From IMG/VR virus record IMGVR_UViG_3300032261_000561: a DNA stretch of 64,000 nucleotides; one strand, given 5' to 3'. Below, piece after piece: positions 1-9,774 of the stretch; positions within the stretch are counted from its first letter, which is position 1, and each line of letters opens with the position of its first letter. The position numbers were made by a program, and so were the translations under genes. Under the pieces are notes generated by a model. That model ran no database searches. It was not told where the DNA came from and saw only the letters and a program-made list of their open reading frames with translations. Origin of the DNA: a virus.

Positions 1-592
1 GGCGGCGAACCACCATGTCCAGCTTGGCCTGGTAGCGCTTGGCCGCCTTGACGTACGCCGTCCCGGCCGGGCCGGTGTAGTACTTCAGGATGAGCCCGTG
101 ATTGGCGCTGGCGAAACGCACCCGCACCAAACGGGACTCGGTACGACGCACCACCGGGTTGAAGAACGGCCGCATGGTGCTCGCCTCGCACAACACCAGC
201 TGCTTCTCTTCCAGACCGCGCTGCACGTAGCCGGTGGTCGACCCCGAGGTGTAGCCCCACAGGTCCTGCGCCAGGATCCCCGCAGCGGCCTGCTCGTTGA
301 CGTTGCGACTATCGACCTTCGGCCCGCCGGGCACCATCTCGCCGTAGAACTCGGCCATGCTGAACGCCAGCTTGGTCTCGATCTCCTGCTCGGTGTCCAG
401 AACGTGGCTATCGATCACCGCGTTGAACACCGCCTCCTTGACCGCCTGGTCGTAAGGCTGCAGAACACCAGCGATGCGCGTGCACCAGCCCTGATCGATC
501 AGGATCTGGTCGCAGATGCGCTTGACTTCTTCGGGATCGGCCCCCAGCTCTTCCGCTGTGGGCTGGACGAACTCCGGATTTGGAGTAACCAA
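1..592 (-). CDS. hypothetical phage protein (runs off window start)
   Basis: Open minus frame LVTPNPEFVQPTAEELGADPEEV...; TTG at 592 preceded by GAGGAGGGG RBS; not in ORF track because it is truncated. Confidence 0.75.
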   Translation of the reverse strand, partial: MVTPNPEFVQPTAEELGADPEEVKRICDQILIDQGWCTRIAGVLQPYDQAVKEAVFNAVIDSHVLDTEQEIETKLAFSMAEFYGEMVPGGPKVDSRNVNEQAAAGILAQDLWGYTSGSTTGYVQRGLEEKQLVLCEASTMRPFFNPVVRRTESRLVRVRFASANHGLILKYYTGPAGTAYVKAAKRYQAKLDMVVRR

Positions 593-713
593 AATAATCC
601 CCTCCTCAGGGATAGCCCCGCTCGGGGAACCCGTACTGTGGACGGACCCGGCGTGGGATTCCACCTGTCTACCAGGCGCCGTCGGCGGCGTCAACCTATT
701 GGGTAATTACCCC

Positions 714-878
714 TCAGGTGTTCACCAGCTGTTCGATCCGGCCGACCTGGGCGTCCAGCCGGTTGGAAAGGGAAAGCAGCGCGGTTTCCTTGTCGTGGTG
801 CCCGGTGTACGCCAGCTGCCTGCACTCCCGAGCCAGGCCACGCAGATCAGTGATCAGTGAGCTGTCGAAGTTGGGCAC
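714..878 (-). CDS. small hypothetical protein
   Basis: GTG start (VPNFDSSLITDLR...) with AAGGA RBS; 3' part of track ORF 714..1133. Confidence 0.55.
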   Translation of the reverse strand: MPNFDSSLITDLRGLARECRQLAYTGHHDKETALLSLSNRLDAQVGRIEQLVNT

Positions 879-924
879 GGTGAACGTCCTTCCGGTTACC
901 GGGGTTAAGGAAACTTCAGTCCTA

Positions 925-1278
925 TCACGACCGCCGGAAGAGCCGCCTGCGCAGCCGGGTGAACATCTTCTCGAACCACCGCAGGCGCCAGCGCAGCCGC
1001 CACCACCGGGTGTTGTAGTAGGGGTTGAGCATCCATGGCGGCACGTCGTAGACCAAGGCGATCTGGTAGGTGGGCAGCCGGGAGGATTCGTCATGCTCGG
1101 CCAGGATCGGCTCGGTTTTAAACCGCATGCCATAGGGCTTGAGGATCTCGTTCATCCGCGCCTCCACCCACTCCGCGCCCGCGCTATTCAAGCTCGTAGC
1201 CTCCGATCCCGTAGACGCGCCCAAAACGACTCGATCCCCAGCATAAACGCCGGGGACCGAATCAGGGGATGTGATCAA
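925..1278 (-). CDS. hypothetical protein with Arg/Trp-rich amphipathic C-terminus
   Basis: TTGA overlap with upstream gene; ends RWWRLRWRLRWFEKMFTRLRRRLFRRS. Confidence 0.55.
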   Translation of the reverse strand: MITSPDSVPGVYAGDRVVLGASTGSEATSLNSAGAEWVEARMNEILKPYGMRFKTEPILAEHDESSRLPTYQIALVYDVPPWMLNPYYNTRWWRLRWRLRWFEKMFTRLRRRLFRRS

Positions 1279-1571
1279 CGTTGCCAGGTGCCCTGGCGGC
1301 AGTGGACGATGTCCTCGGGCGGGGTGTAGGCCACGTCGCCGGGCCGGTCGCACGGTTGGCCTGGCTTCACCGTCAACAGACCACCATTAGCGCCGCGAGC
1401 CATCCACATACCGGATTGACCCGAACAGACCAGCGTTCCGTCCGACGAGACGATTCCACCCGGCGAGCATTGCCCGCCCGGCTGCTCACCGGAAGCGAAC
1501 ACCGGGGACGCGGTGACACCGGCCACCCCGAGTAGCAGCGTGGCAATACCTATCGTTCTACGGACAATCAT
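1275..1571 (-). CDS. small secreted Cys-rich protein
   Basis: Signal peptide (RRTIGIATLLLGVAGVTASPVFA) and two C-x-x-x-G..C..W units. Confidence 0.75.
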   Translation of the reverse strand: MIVRRTIGIATLLLGVAGVTASPVFASGEQPGGQCSPGGIVSSDGTLVCSGQSGMWMARGANGGLLTVKPGQPCDRPGDVAYTPPEDIVHCRQGTWQR

Positions 1572-1580
1572 GATGTTTCC

Positions 1581-1928
1581 TTATCTAGTGATTTCGATAC
1601 GGGCACTGGACGGGCTTTCGCAGTAACTGAGAACACCGGTCTCGCCGTAGACCCCGGCGGGATTGCCGACACAGTCCCAGCCGTCGACCGTGGAGGCATT
1701 ACGTGCAGTCTGGGTTCCCTTGCCCGCATTCCAGTCGTTCATGATCGTGCGGGCCTGCTGACAGCTCACTTCACCGCGAACATTCAGGATGAAGGTGCCC
1801 GGGTTGCCCTGAGCGAGCCGTGGAGGGAGTGAGTAGACACCGCAGGTCTGCGCCTGCGCCTGCGGCGCGAGGGCGATACCCGCTCCACACAGGAGCGGGA
1901 TCGCAGCGCCGATAATGGCTTTCCTCAT
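1581..1928 (-). CDS. small secreted Cys-containing protein
   Basis: MRKAIIGAAIPLLCGAGIALAPQAQA signal peptide; ..SC..A..I....GW.C..C pattern typical of actinobacterial secreted proteins. Confidence 0.75.
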   Translation of the reverse strand: MRKAIIGAAIPLLCGAGIALAPQAQAQTCGVYSLPPRLAQGNPGTFILNVRGEVSCQQARTIMNDWNAGKGTQTARNASTVDGWDCVGNPAGVYGETGVLSYCESPSSARIEITR

Positions 1929-2269
1929 CACCACCTCCCCGAGCGCAATTCGTCCGTGTCTGGGTAATACTCGGCCCAGTAGCCGCGTGGCTTCACGTTG
2001 GGCTGGCCGAGCGGGAACTCGCGGTTGATTCCCTGCAACAACCGGTCGCACTGGTGAAGATCCGCGATGCCGGGGCAGCGTCCGTAATACGCGAAGTCCT
2101 CGCCGCCCGTATTGTTCTTCGTGCGCTGTACCTCGTTGGAACCGACCTTGATCCACGAATGCGGTTTGCCGTGAGGGTCCCAGCCACCCTGCGCCGCGTT
2201 GGCGGGAGCCGCCAACGCGATACCCGCCGCCGCTATTGCTGGTCCGATCACCAGCGCCAGCCGCTTCAC
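1928..2269 (-). CDS. small secreted protein
   Basis: VKRLALVIGPAIAAAGIALAAPANA signal peptide; GTGA overlap. Confidence 0.7.
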   Translation of the reverse strand: MKRLALVIGPAIAAAGIALAAPANAAQGGWDPHGKPHSWIKVGSNEVQRTKNNTGGEDFAYYGRCPGIADLHQCDRLLQGINREFPLGQPNVKPRGYWAEYYPDTDELRSGRW

Positions 2270-2523
2270 GCGCCCACCCGGTTGCACTGCCAGCCACCGA
2301 AGCCCAGCACGCGCACGTTGACGCAGTGGTCGTAGCTGCCGTCGGCGGCGTAGTGGCAGTCCACGAAGCCCCCGCCGCCGGGCCAGCCGCCACCACCACC
2401 GCCTTGGGCGTCGTCGGCGTTGACACAGCTCGCGTGTGCGGTGCCCGGGCTGGCCAGCACGACACCGCCCACGGCCAGTCCCACGGCGGCGATTCCGGTC
2501 GCCACCACCCGTTTCAGCATCAT
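2266..2523 (-). CDS. small secreted Gly/Cys-rich protein (CDGP-like)
   Basis: Signal peptide ending TAHA; GGFVDC..ADGSY.HC..FGG..C pattern; AGGAG RBS. Confidence 0.7.
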   Translation of the reverse strand: MMLKRVVATGIAAVGLAVGGVVLASPGTAHASCVNADDAQGGGGGGWPGGGGFVDCHYAADGSYDHCVNVRVLGFGGWQCNRVGA

Positions 2524-2626
2524 AAGAGATCTCCTTACAGATATGTAACAAAGTGCATGTGATGAAGACCATACCCTAAAGTACACACCATGGTGGAGAT
2601 TACTTTATAGGTATATCTTAAGAGGT

Positions 2627-2803
2627 ATGAAGCGCTATCTGAGCATCACCCAGATAGCAGAGAAGAGCGGCCTGGCCCGCAACACGGTCAAGGTCTACAG
2701 CCAGATACCCGGGCGGCTACCGCCGCCCGACGCCATGATCGGACGCATCAAGGGTTGGCTGCCCGAGACCATCGACCGTTGGATAACGGGACGCAAAGAT
2801 TAG
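2627..2803 (+). CDS. AlpA/excisionase-like HTH DNA-binding protein (58 aa)
   Basis: MKRYLSITQIAEKSGLARNTVKVY...LPPPDAMIGRIKGWLPETIDRW; below ORF-track cutoff; divergent from the secreted-protein operon. Confidence 0.85.
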   Translation: MKRYLSITQIAEKSGLARNTVKVYSQIPGRLPPPDAMIGRIKGWLPETIDRWITGRKD

Positions 2804-3054
2804 CCATCACCCCCCTTGGTCTTCACACCGGGCCCCTTGAATATCGGGTTGACGGGATATCTCATGGGCGGCAGGCCGGTCTCGGCATAACCGGACCAGC
2901 GGAAGCCGCCTTTCAGCTCGATCAGGATCTGGTTGAGTTCCCCGTTGCCGGGCTGGTGGATTTCCAGCCGCTCCACCCACTGCTGGCTTTTGCGGATCAG
3001 GCCCGCGCGGTCCAGCGCGGCGTCAACCCACATCCACAGTCTGCGGCGCGTCAT
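2800..3054 (-). CDS. hypothetical protein
   Basis: ORF track; high-GC3 codons. Confidence 0.6.
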   Translation of the reverse strand: MTRRRLWMWVDAALDRAGLIRKSQQWVERLEIHQPGNGELNQILIELKGGFRWSGYAETGLPPMRYPVNPIFKGPGVKTKGGDG

Positions 3055-3256
3055 GAGGCTGCTCCGATCCTTTCCAGGCCGCGTCCACCAGTTTCTGCCA
3101 CATCTGCACGCTGGCCGCGCTCTTCCCGCTGAGCACCATCGTCACATGCTTCGTCGTCACCCCCGCGTCGTCGGCCAGCTGGCGCTGGGTGCGCCCATTC
3201 TTTTTCAGGCCTTGGCGAACGTAGTCCGCGAGGTCGCGCTGGATGTTGGTCGGCAT
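3023..3256 (-). CDS. XRE-family HTH protein, probably leaderless
   Basis: TQRQLADDAGVTTKHVTMVLSGK HTH; TAAACT -10 six nt before ATG. Confidence 0.85.
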   Translation of the reverse strand: MPTNIQRDLADYVRQGLKKNGRTQRQLADDAGVTTKHVTMVLSGKSAASVQMWQKLVDAAWKGSEQPHDAPQTVDVG

Positions 3257-3277
3257 CCCGCCAGTTTACCATTCAGG

Positions 3278-3673
3278 TTAAGCCGGAGGGGCCTCTACCA
3301 CCTGCAGCGGGGACTGCGGGACCGGCGGCTGACCGTTCTGCTGGCCGAACTGCTCGGTGATCTGCCGGACCATCTCGTTCTGACGGTTCTGTTCGGCGGC
3401 CGCCGCCGCGTCGGCCTGCTGCTGCTGCTTGATCCACACCATCGCCAGCTGTGCCAGCGCCTCGGTGGCCGGATCCCCGATCTCCTGGGCGTAGGACCAG
3501 ATCACCGTGGCCGGGAAATCCGTCTCGTCGTCGAAGGTGACCTCGTGGTCACGGGGCTGGCCCATCTCCGTCCAGCCAAGCTCGCCGCGCTCGCAGGTAC
3601 GCCCGCTCTTGGTCTTGATGATCACCGACACCGGGGCCGCGCGCAGATGGTCGATGCAGGCAACTTCCTTCAT
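3278..3673 (-). CDS. hypothetical protein
   Basis: ORF track; AAGGAG RBS. Confidence 0.7.
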   Translation of the reverse strand: MKEVACIDHLRAAPVSVIIKTKSGRTCERGELGWTEMGQPRDHEVTFDDETDFPATVIWSYAQEIGDPATEALAQLAMVWIKQQQQADAAAAAEQNRQNEMVRQITEQFGQQNGQPPVPQSPLQVVEAPPA

Positions 3674-3899
3674 GGGTTCTCCTTCTACAGGTCGAGTTCT
3701 TCCACCAGTCGATTAACCTCCTCCACCCACATCTGGTCGACCGCCTCCTGGGCCTCGGCGAACGCCTCCTGGGCGATGTGGATCCCCGCGCACGCGGCGT
3801 CGGCGCGATTGCGCCGCTCGAAGTAATCCTCCCGCTCGCGCACCCGGCGGGTCACCTCGGCCTGCTGCTCGCCGGTCAGGCCGATCATGCGTGGGAATC

Positions 3900-4196
3900 T
3901 CATCCGCTCAACAGCTTCCCACGGCTCGGGGTGCACTCGCACAGCGCCTCCCACAACTCGGGATTGCGCTGCAGGAAGGCGGCGCTCTCCTCGCTGATCC
4001 GACGGGCCTCGGTCAAATCGACACCGAAGACGTCGGTGAAAGTCTCGCGGAACTGCTGCACGGCACGAATCAGCTCACCCGTCGGGGCCAGCGCGGCGGT
4101 GATCGCGCTCACCATCGTCCGGATGCGCTCGGCGGGGTGGGACTCGGGCTCGAAGTCCAGCTCGTCGAGGTCGAAACGCTCGGATGCGATCGTCAT
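3900..4196 (-). CDS. hypothetical protein with N-terminal RFDLDELDF motif
   Basis: ORF track; GGAGA RBS. Confidence 0.7.
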   Translation of the reverse strand: MTIASERFDLDELDFEPESHPAERIRTMVSAITAALAPTGELIRAVQQFRETFTDVFGVDLTEARRISEESAAFLQRNPELWEALCECTPSRGKLLSG

Positions 4197-4383
4197 GATG
4201 TCTCCGTCTTCTTGGGGGTGTTCTTATCATCGTCGTCCAGCTGGTCGTCCAGCTGGCCTCGCAGCCAGACCACCTCGTCCTGTAGCCGGTCGCGTTCCTT
4301 GTTGTCCCCCGACTCGTCGGGGGTGGCACGGGAAAACGCCGTGGTGAACAGCATGGTGACGATGGTGGCGACCGCCGAGGACC

Positions 4384-4710
4384 CTATCGCACTGAGGAAT
4401 GACGCCAGGGTATCCATCCATGCCTCTTCACCTCGTCGCGGGTGAACCGCCCGTCCCATTTGACGTCGTCGAACGTCCAGCTGAACCAACAGTTGCGGCC
4501 GTACTGGTCCAGGAAGATCAACCCGAAGACGAGAGCAATCATCCCGAGGCCGACGCTGATCCAGTCCCAGACGGTGTTGTTGTCAACCTTCCACAGGTCA
4601 TAGACCGGCTGGGTGCGCCCGACCAGATAACCCGACCACCACAGGCACGCGACGGCCGACCAGCGTCCCCGCACCATCGGTCCCCCGGCCAAGAACTCGT
4701 CGCGGCGCAC
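4384..4710 (-). CDS. small membrane protein
   Basis: Hydrophobic segment WISVGLGMIALVFGLIFL; GGGAGGA RBS. Confidence 0.65.
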   Translation of the reverse strand: MRRDEFLAGGPMVRGRWSAVACLWWSGYLVGRTQPVYDLWKVDNNTVWDWISVGLGMIALVFGLIFLDQYGRNCWFSWTFDDVKWDGRFTRDEVKRHGWIPWRHSSVR

Positions 4711-4789
4711 CGGGCGTCCTCCCTCTACAGTGCCACTTTCACCTTATTCCTATCCACGCCGGGCACTTCACACCTTCCACCTACGGTCC

Positions 4790-5308
4790 TCAATCCCCCC
4801 GCACCAGCGGGGGCAGGTCCAGATCGTAGTGTGTCAGCACCGGCCAGTAGTCCACCCCGATCGACTCGAAGAAGCCTTGGGCGATCCCGGCCCGGTCGAT
4901 CAGCGCGATGATGGCCAGCACGCTGGCGCCCGCCTCGACGACCATGTCGTACACGTAGCGCACCGAGCCGCCGGTGGTGACCATGCCCGCCAGAATGATG
5001 GTGGCGTCCTGCTCGGTCAGATCACCGCCGGTGGTGGCGCCGTCGGTGACGCTGATCCATTTCATGCTCGTCATCGCCCGGCTCACCACCACATGACCCA
5101 GCATCTCGTCGTCGAAAGGGCACACGATCGCGGACGGGATCTCGGTGACATGCAGCTCGATCCACTCGGCCAGCACCAGGGCAGCGGTGCGCAGACGGCG
5201 CCCGGTGCACAGCAGATGGCGCAGATCCAGGTCGGCCCAGTCGGCGGTCTCGGGCCCAGCCACCTCGGTGCGGATCAGCTCGATCAGCGTGCTGCGGTGC
5301 TGGCTCAT
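4790..5308 (-). CDS. type I phosphoribosyltransferase-fold protein (OPRTase-like, degenerate)
   Basis: IILAGMVTTGGS ... EAGASVLAIIALIDR; the acidic pair of the PRPP loop is absent. Confidence 0.7.
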   Translation of the reverse strand: MSQHRSTLIELIRTEVAGPETADWADLDLRHLLCTGRRLRTAALVLAEWIELHVTEIPSAIVCPFDDEMLGHVVVSRAMTSMKWISVTDGATTGGDLTEQDATIILAGMVTTGGSVRYVYDMVVEAGASVLAIIALIDRAGIAQGFFESIGVDYWPVLTHYDLDLPPLVRGD

Positions 5309-5999
5309 GCCTTGATCAGCTCGGTCAGCAGCGCGTCGAGGACCGCGAACATATTGCCCAGGAGGAACCACTCCGACGCCGTCGAACCCTCCGGATCAGC
5401 CTGACGGGTAGCCTCCATGCCGTCCCGTAGATTGCGCTGCAGTGCGGCCAGCCGATCCTTGTCGACCATGGGCAGCTTTTCATCGTCGGCCATCACACCC
5501 CCGCCTTGATCCGGAAGCCGTATTGCGCGGCCGCAACGGCCCGCAGGGCGGTGAACTGACCGATGGCGGTGTCCAGGGCTGCCAGCACGTATCCGGCGTC
5601 GCACAGCCCGCCTGAAGACAGGTATTCGATCTCGTCACGGGCCAGCGCCATCCTGGTCAGCGCACTGCGGAACTTGGCTTCCTTGTCCCGGTTGGACATA
5701 TGCACGTAGGTCACGAGCACTCCTCGTGAATCAGCTCGTCGTCATCGGTGTAGCGCACCCGATCCCCTTCTTCGATCTCTTCACCGCATGCCTCACAGAT
5801 GCCGTGGTAACTGGCTTCAAAAACTCCGCTCATGGCATCTCCTTGTAGGGCACCTCAAATGTCGGACCGGACCACACCCAGACATCGCCGCTCTTCTCGA
5901 AGCCGTGCTGGCCGTCCCAGCTGTCGGAGCAGGTCTTCTTGCACACCGTCGGATAGGGACAGCGGAAGCGCGGGTTGACCGGACAGTTGTGACCCGCCA

Positions 6000-6368
6000 T
6001 CACGACTCCGCGTCGTCCTCCGCAGCCACCAATCCCAGCAGCTGGTCGGTGGTCAGGCCCAGCGCGTTGGCCAGCTTGGTGATGGTCTCCTCCTTGGGGT
6101 ATTTGTGCCCCAGCTCGATCTCGGAGAGATAGGGATAGGTCACCCCGCTGCGCTGGTGCAACACCATCCGGCCCATCGACTGCTTGGTGCGCTCGCGGAT
6201 CAGCACCCGGGCGAAGCGTGACGGGTTGAACTGATCGTGGCCGGTGTGCGTGGTGTCGTGCCGGTAGGACACCGCCGCCACCTTTACCTGAGCCGGGCGG
6301 TCCAGGTGGATGGTCAACTGCCGCTGGCAGTTCGGGCAGTCGACGTCGATGCTGACCTGGGTGCTCAT
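6000..6368 (-). CDS. XRE-family HTH protein with N-terminal CxxC
   Basis: SGVTYPYLSEIELGHKYPKEETITKLANALG. Confidence 0.85.
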   Translation of the reverse strand: MSTQVSIDVDCPNCQRQLTIHLDRPAQVKVAAVSYRHDTTHTGHDQFNPSRFARVLIRERTKQSMGRMVLHQRSGVTYPYLSEIELGHKYPKEETITKLANALGLTTDQLLGLVAAEDDAES

Positions 6369-6670
6369 GACCCACTCTTTCGGAATGGAATCACCTTAGC
6401 CTCCATCGGCTCGTCCTCCTCGTCCTCGTCGTCATCTTCCCCGTCGTTGTCATCGTCATCGTCATCATCACCAGGGTGGTTGGCCTCCCACAGCGCGTAA
6501 CCATCGGGATCGCGGGACTCGAAGATCTTCAGCCCGATCTGCTCGACGACGTTGCACAGCTGGGTCAGCCATCTCTTCTCCTCGGACGTCACCTGCGGGC
6601 CCGGGACGAGGAAGTCGAGACGCATCCTCAGATAGGGGGTGTCGACGTCGAAGTCGTCGGTGTCACCCAT
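6365..6670 (-). CDS. acidic hypothetical protein
   Basis: ORF track; D/E run near C-terminus. Confidence 0.7.
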   Translation of the reverse strand: MGDTDDFDVDTPYLRMRLDFLVPGPQVTSEEKRWLTQLCNVVEQIGLKIFESRDPDGYALWEANHPGDDDDDDDNDGEDDDEDEEDEPMEAKVIPFRKSGS

Positions 6671-7460
6671 TGATCCGCCCCGCTTCCGCCTTTTCGCGGG
6701 CCTGCTGCTCCAACAGGTCCAGCTGCACGGCCATCGAGGTGGCCGCTGCCTGATCCCACTCGCGGACCACCGGCAAGCCCTCCACGTCGATCAGCGGCAC
6801 CGGGCAGGCGTCGAGGAACTCCTTGAAGTCCTCGTCACACCAGGGCGGCACCCAGGCACCGGACCGGCACACCGAGACGGCATCGAACACCATGTTCTTG
6901 GCGTCGAACTTGGCGCCGTCATCCTTGCGGGCGTCGCAGCCCCACCTCTTGGCCTCGGGCCGGTAGTGCTGCCCGGCTGCCTTATTCCAACGCGGGTAGC
7001 GCCAGTGCAGCTTGGAGCCCTTCAGGTAGTGCACGAACATCCAGTTCTCACAGGTGACCGTGTTGGTGCGGGCGAACTCGGCCAGCTGTTCTTTGGTCTC
7101 GATCCCGTACATGTCGTGATGGGCGTCGAACAGCCAGACGTGCTCGAACTCGCGCTCGTTCGCGGCGATGCCGGAGTACATGTTGGAGTCGCTGACCTCA
7201 CCCACCGCGTCCTCGGTGAAGGTGAATCGATCCCAGAACCCCTCCGGTACGTCCACCCCGGGCAGCGGATAGCCGTCTTTGAGGAAGCTGCCCGCGCGCA
7301 TCGGCCACACCACGTTGAGGAAGATGGCCTGGCTCTCCGAGTGGCCCCAGTCGAACTTCCAGAACCAGCGCTGATCCACGCTGGTGTCGGCGGCTTCCAG
7401 CGGATTCATGAAGAAAAAATCGAAATCCACAACCAGCAGGTTGCTCATGTCGTCTCCCAT
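6663..7460 (-). CDS. UPF0489/arginase-fold-like putative metallohydrolase
   Basis: Motifs VDFDFF, FDAHHD, CENW, CRSGAWVPPWCD. Confidence 0.6.
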   Translation of the reverse strand: MGDDMSNLLVVDFDFFFMNPLEAADTSVDQRWFWKFDWGHSESQAIFLNVVWPMRAGSFLKDGYPLPGVDVPEGFWDRFTFTEDAVGEVSDSNMYSGIAANEREFEHVWLFDAHHDMYGIETKEQLAEFARTNTVTCENWMFVHYLKGSKLHWRYPRWNKAAGQHYRPEAKRWGCDARKDDGAKFDAKNMVFDAVSVCRSGAWVPPWCDEDFKEFLDACPVPLIDVEGLPVVREWDQAAATSMAVQLDLLEQQAREKAEAGRING

Positions 7461-7629
7461 TGCATCTGGCGGATGACGGGATCCAGCTGGGGCACGGTGA
7501 CCAGTAGCAGCTTCAGGACGCCCACCACCCCACCCTGCGCGAAGATCTCATCCTCGGCATAGGAACAGATCCCGCATACCGGCTCATCGTAGGGGCAAGC
7601 CCGCCGCACCAAAGGACAGTGCTCACCAC

Positions 7630-7977
7630 TCACGACTGACCTTCGACCGCATCGAGCACGGCGGCGCGCGCGGCCTCGGCCTTCTCCACGATAGTGATCC
7701 AGTCCTCGACGTGGATCACCTGGCAGCTGAGGAACGTCGGGTAGCCGTTGATCGCCCAATGCCCGGCCTTGCTCAGGTCTTCGACGATGTTGCCGATCTT
7801 GTCGACGTCAATGCCCGCCAGCCCGTCCAGGGCCACCGGCAGAAAGATGGAGGTCATCATCTCCGGCGGCGCCTGAGTGGCGACGAACAGACTGCCCCCC
7901 ACCAGTTTCAGGGCAATCTCTTTGATTTCGTCTTCGGTCAGATGCTCCGGTTCGCGGAGCTGTTCGGTGTGTGTCAT
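7630..7977 (-). CDS. hypothetical protein, leaderless
   Basis: TGcTACAAT extended -10 six nt before ATG. Confidence 0.75.
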   Translation of the reverse strand: MTHTEQLREPEHLTEDEIKEIALKLVGGSLFVATQAPPEMMTSIFLPVALDGLAGIDVDKIGNIVEDLSKAGHWAINGYPTFLSCQVIHVEDWITIVEKAEAARAAVLDAVEGQS

Positions 7978-8093
7978 GACCTCATTGTAGCAAAGTTAGA
8001 GGAAGATTAGGGAAGCGACACACCGGGTTCGTCCCATTCCCCCACCAATCACCAGGAACTCGTCCTTACTCATGTAGGTCGGAATCAGCTGCA

Positions 8094-8417
8094 TCAGGCC
8101 ACCTCTTCGTAATGCCAGCTGTAGTTGTCGCCGTTCCATTCCAAGATGATCGCTTGCCAACCAGGTCCGCGCACCGGCTGCTCGTCGCCGTCGTAGCACT
8201 CCTCGGGGGCGTCCTCGGTCAGCCAGGGCATCTGCATGCATTGGCCTTGATCGGTCCAGCCGTCCCGACTGCCACACTCACACTGCTCGTACTGGGCGCG
8301 GATACAGCTATCGCAGGCCAACCGGCACGCCGCCCCCTCTGGGGCACGGCACTCGTACTCGGTGCGAACGTGGTCACCCGATCGAATCAAATGACGCACA
8401 TAATGGTCACTCATCAT
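8094..8417 (-). CDS. Cys-rich hypothetical protein
   Basis: ORF track; ATGA overlap. Confidence 0.65.
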   Translation of the reverse strand: MMSDHYVRHLIRSGDHVRTEYECRAPEGAACRLACDSCIRAQYEQCECGSRDGWTDQGQCMQMPWLTEDAPEECYDGDEQPVRGPGWQAIILEWNGDNYSWHYEEVA

Positions 8418-9457
8418 GCCCCGATCTCGTAGTCGCTGATGACCTCACCGGCGTCCTTGGAGCCCCGCACCTGCCAGCCCCACCAATAGGTGCCGACGTG
8501 CTTGCCCAGCAGCGGCGCCTCGGCGGTGAACGTCTTGAAATGCCCGCGCACCCGGTGCTGGCTCATCACGTACTCCTCGGCCGGGGACCGGCGGCGCCGA
8601 CCGTGGCGCAGTTCGCGACCGGCGGTACCGGGCAGCTCGATGGTGTGATAGCGGGTGATCGGCACCCGCTGGCGCTTCTCCCGGGTGCTGCGCGCAAAGA
8701 CGCTGCCCTGCTCGCGAGTGGTCACGTTGCGACAGTTGATCAAATTCAGCGCCAGCCACACCGGGTTGGCGTCCCCGATCTCCTTGGCGGCGTGCAGGGT
8801 CTCCTCGGGCACCTGGGACGTCGGGACCATGTCGGAGATGAAGTGATTGAACAGTCCGTCGGGGTTCAGCCCGATCTGGCGGGCGTAGGGCAGAAAGACC
8901 ACGCCGTCATTCGCGTCGAGGATGTACATGATCACCTGCACGGCGATCATCTCGCGGGCATCGGCGCGCAACTCGTCGCGCAGTGCCTTGAACGCATCCG
9001 CATCGCGGATCATGTCATCCAGGTTGGTCTCGGGGTTGCGCTTGAAGTACTTGGGATACATCTGGGCGAAGCCGGTGATCGAGCCGCGCAGCTGCTCCTC
9101 GTCGAGGTCGGCGGTGTTGATGGTGTCACTGATCACCAGGGCGCCGAACCGGGCCCTGGCTTCCATGTCCCACCACTTGCCGTGGATCAGCACCTTGTCG
9201 GGGACTTCCCACTCGCACCACATGGCGGGGTATGGCGGGCGCATCGGCCCGAAGTCGGAGTCCAGCCGGTAGTAGTCCTGCTTGCCCAGCCAGTACAGGT
9301 CGGCGGCCACCGACAGCTCGAAGAACGCCACCCGATCGCCCAGCAGGTGGGTGCGCACGTTGTCCTGGTTGACCATGTCCAGCCCGTGGCCATCCAGCGA
9401 GCGGATGGGGGCGCCCGACTTGAGCAGGTTGGCGATCGGGAATTTACCGGCGCTCAA
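8414..9457 (-). CDS. conserved phage protein, paralog of 9771..10757
   Basis: Motifs PPYPAMWCEW, LINCRNVTT, HRVRGHFK, YWWGWQVRG; TTG start with GGAGG RBS. Confidence 0.8.
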   Translation of the reverse strand: MSAGKFPIANLLKSGAPIRSLDGHGLDMVNQDNVRTHLLGDRVAFFELSVAADLYWLGKQDYYRLDSDFGPMRPPYPAMWCEWEVPDKVLIHGKWWDMEARARFGALVISDTINTADLDEEQLRGSITGFAQMYPKYFKRNPETNLDDMIRDADAFKALRDELRADAREMIAVQVIMYILDANDGVVFLPYARQIGLNPDGLFNHFISDMVPTSQVPEETLHAAKEIGDANPVWLALNLINCRNVTTREQGSVFARSTREKRQRVPITRYHTIELPGTAGRELRHGRRRRSPAEEYVMSQHRVRGHFKTFTAEAPLLGKHVGTYWWGWQVRGSKDAGEVISDYEIGA

Positions 9458-9774
9458 TCCGGCCACCTCCCTTCGTATCCGCCGTAGATGGGGTCCATGC
9501 GCCCGGTCAGCCGCCATACACGCCCGGTAAAGACGTAGTCAGGATCAGGATCGGGAGCGGGCGGCAGCTTGAGCAGCGTGCCGGTAACATCGACCTCGTC
9601 GCCCTCCTGTGCGTCGGCCGGTCGCTCGGGGAAGATCACCGTCCACCAGGGCGGCGGGTCAGCGAGGAAGGTGGCGTGAAAGTACACCACCGGGCAGTCG
9701 ATCATGATGTCGCCGTCCCAATAGATCTCCCAATGGGTCTCGTCGGTCTCGTAGCGAATGTCTCCCTGCATCAT
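9454..9774 (-). CDS. hypothetical protein
   Basis: ORF track; overlaps both neighbours by 4 bp. Confidence 0.7.
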   Translation of the reverse strand: MMQGDIRYETDETHWEIYWDGDIMIDCPVVYFHATFLADPPPWWTVIFPERPADAQEGDEVDVTGTLLKLPPAPDPDPDYVFTGRVWRLTGRMDPIYGGYEGRWPD

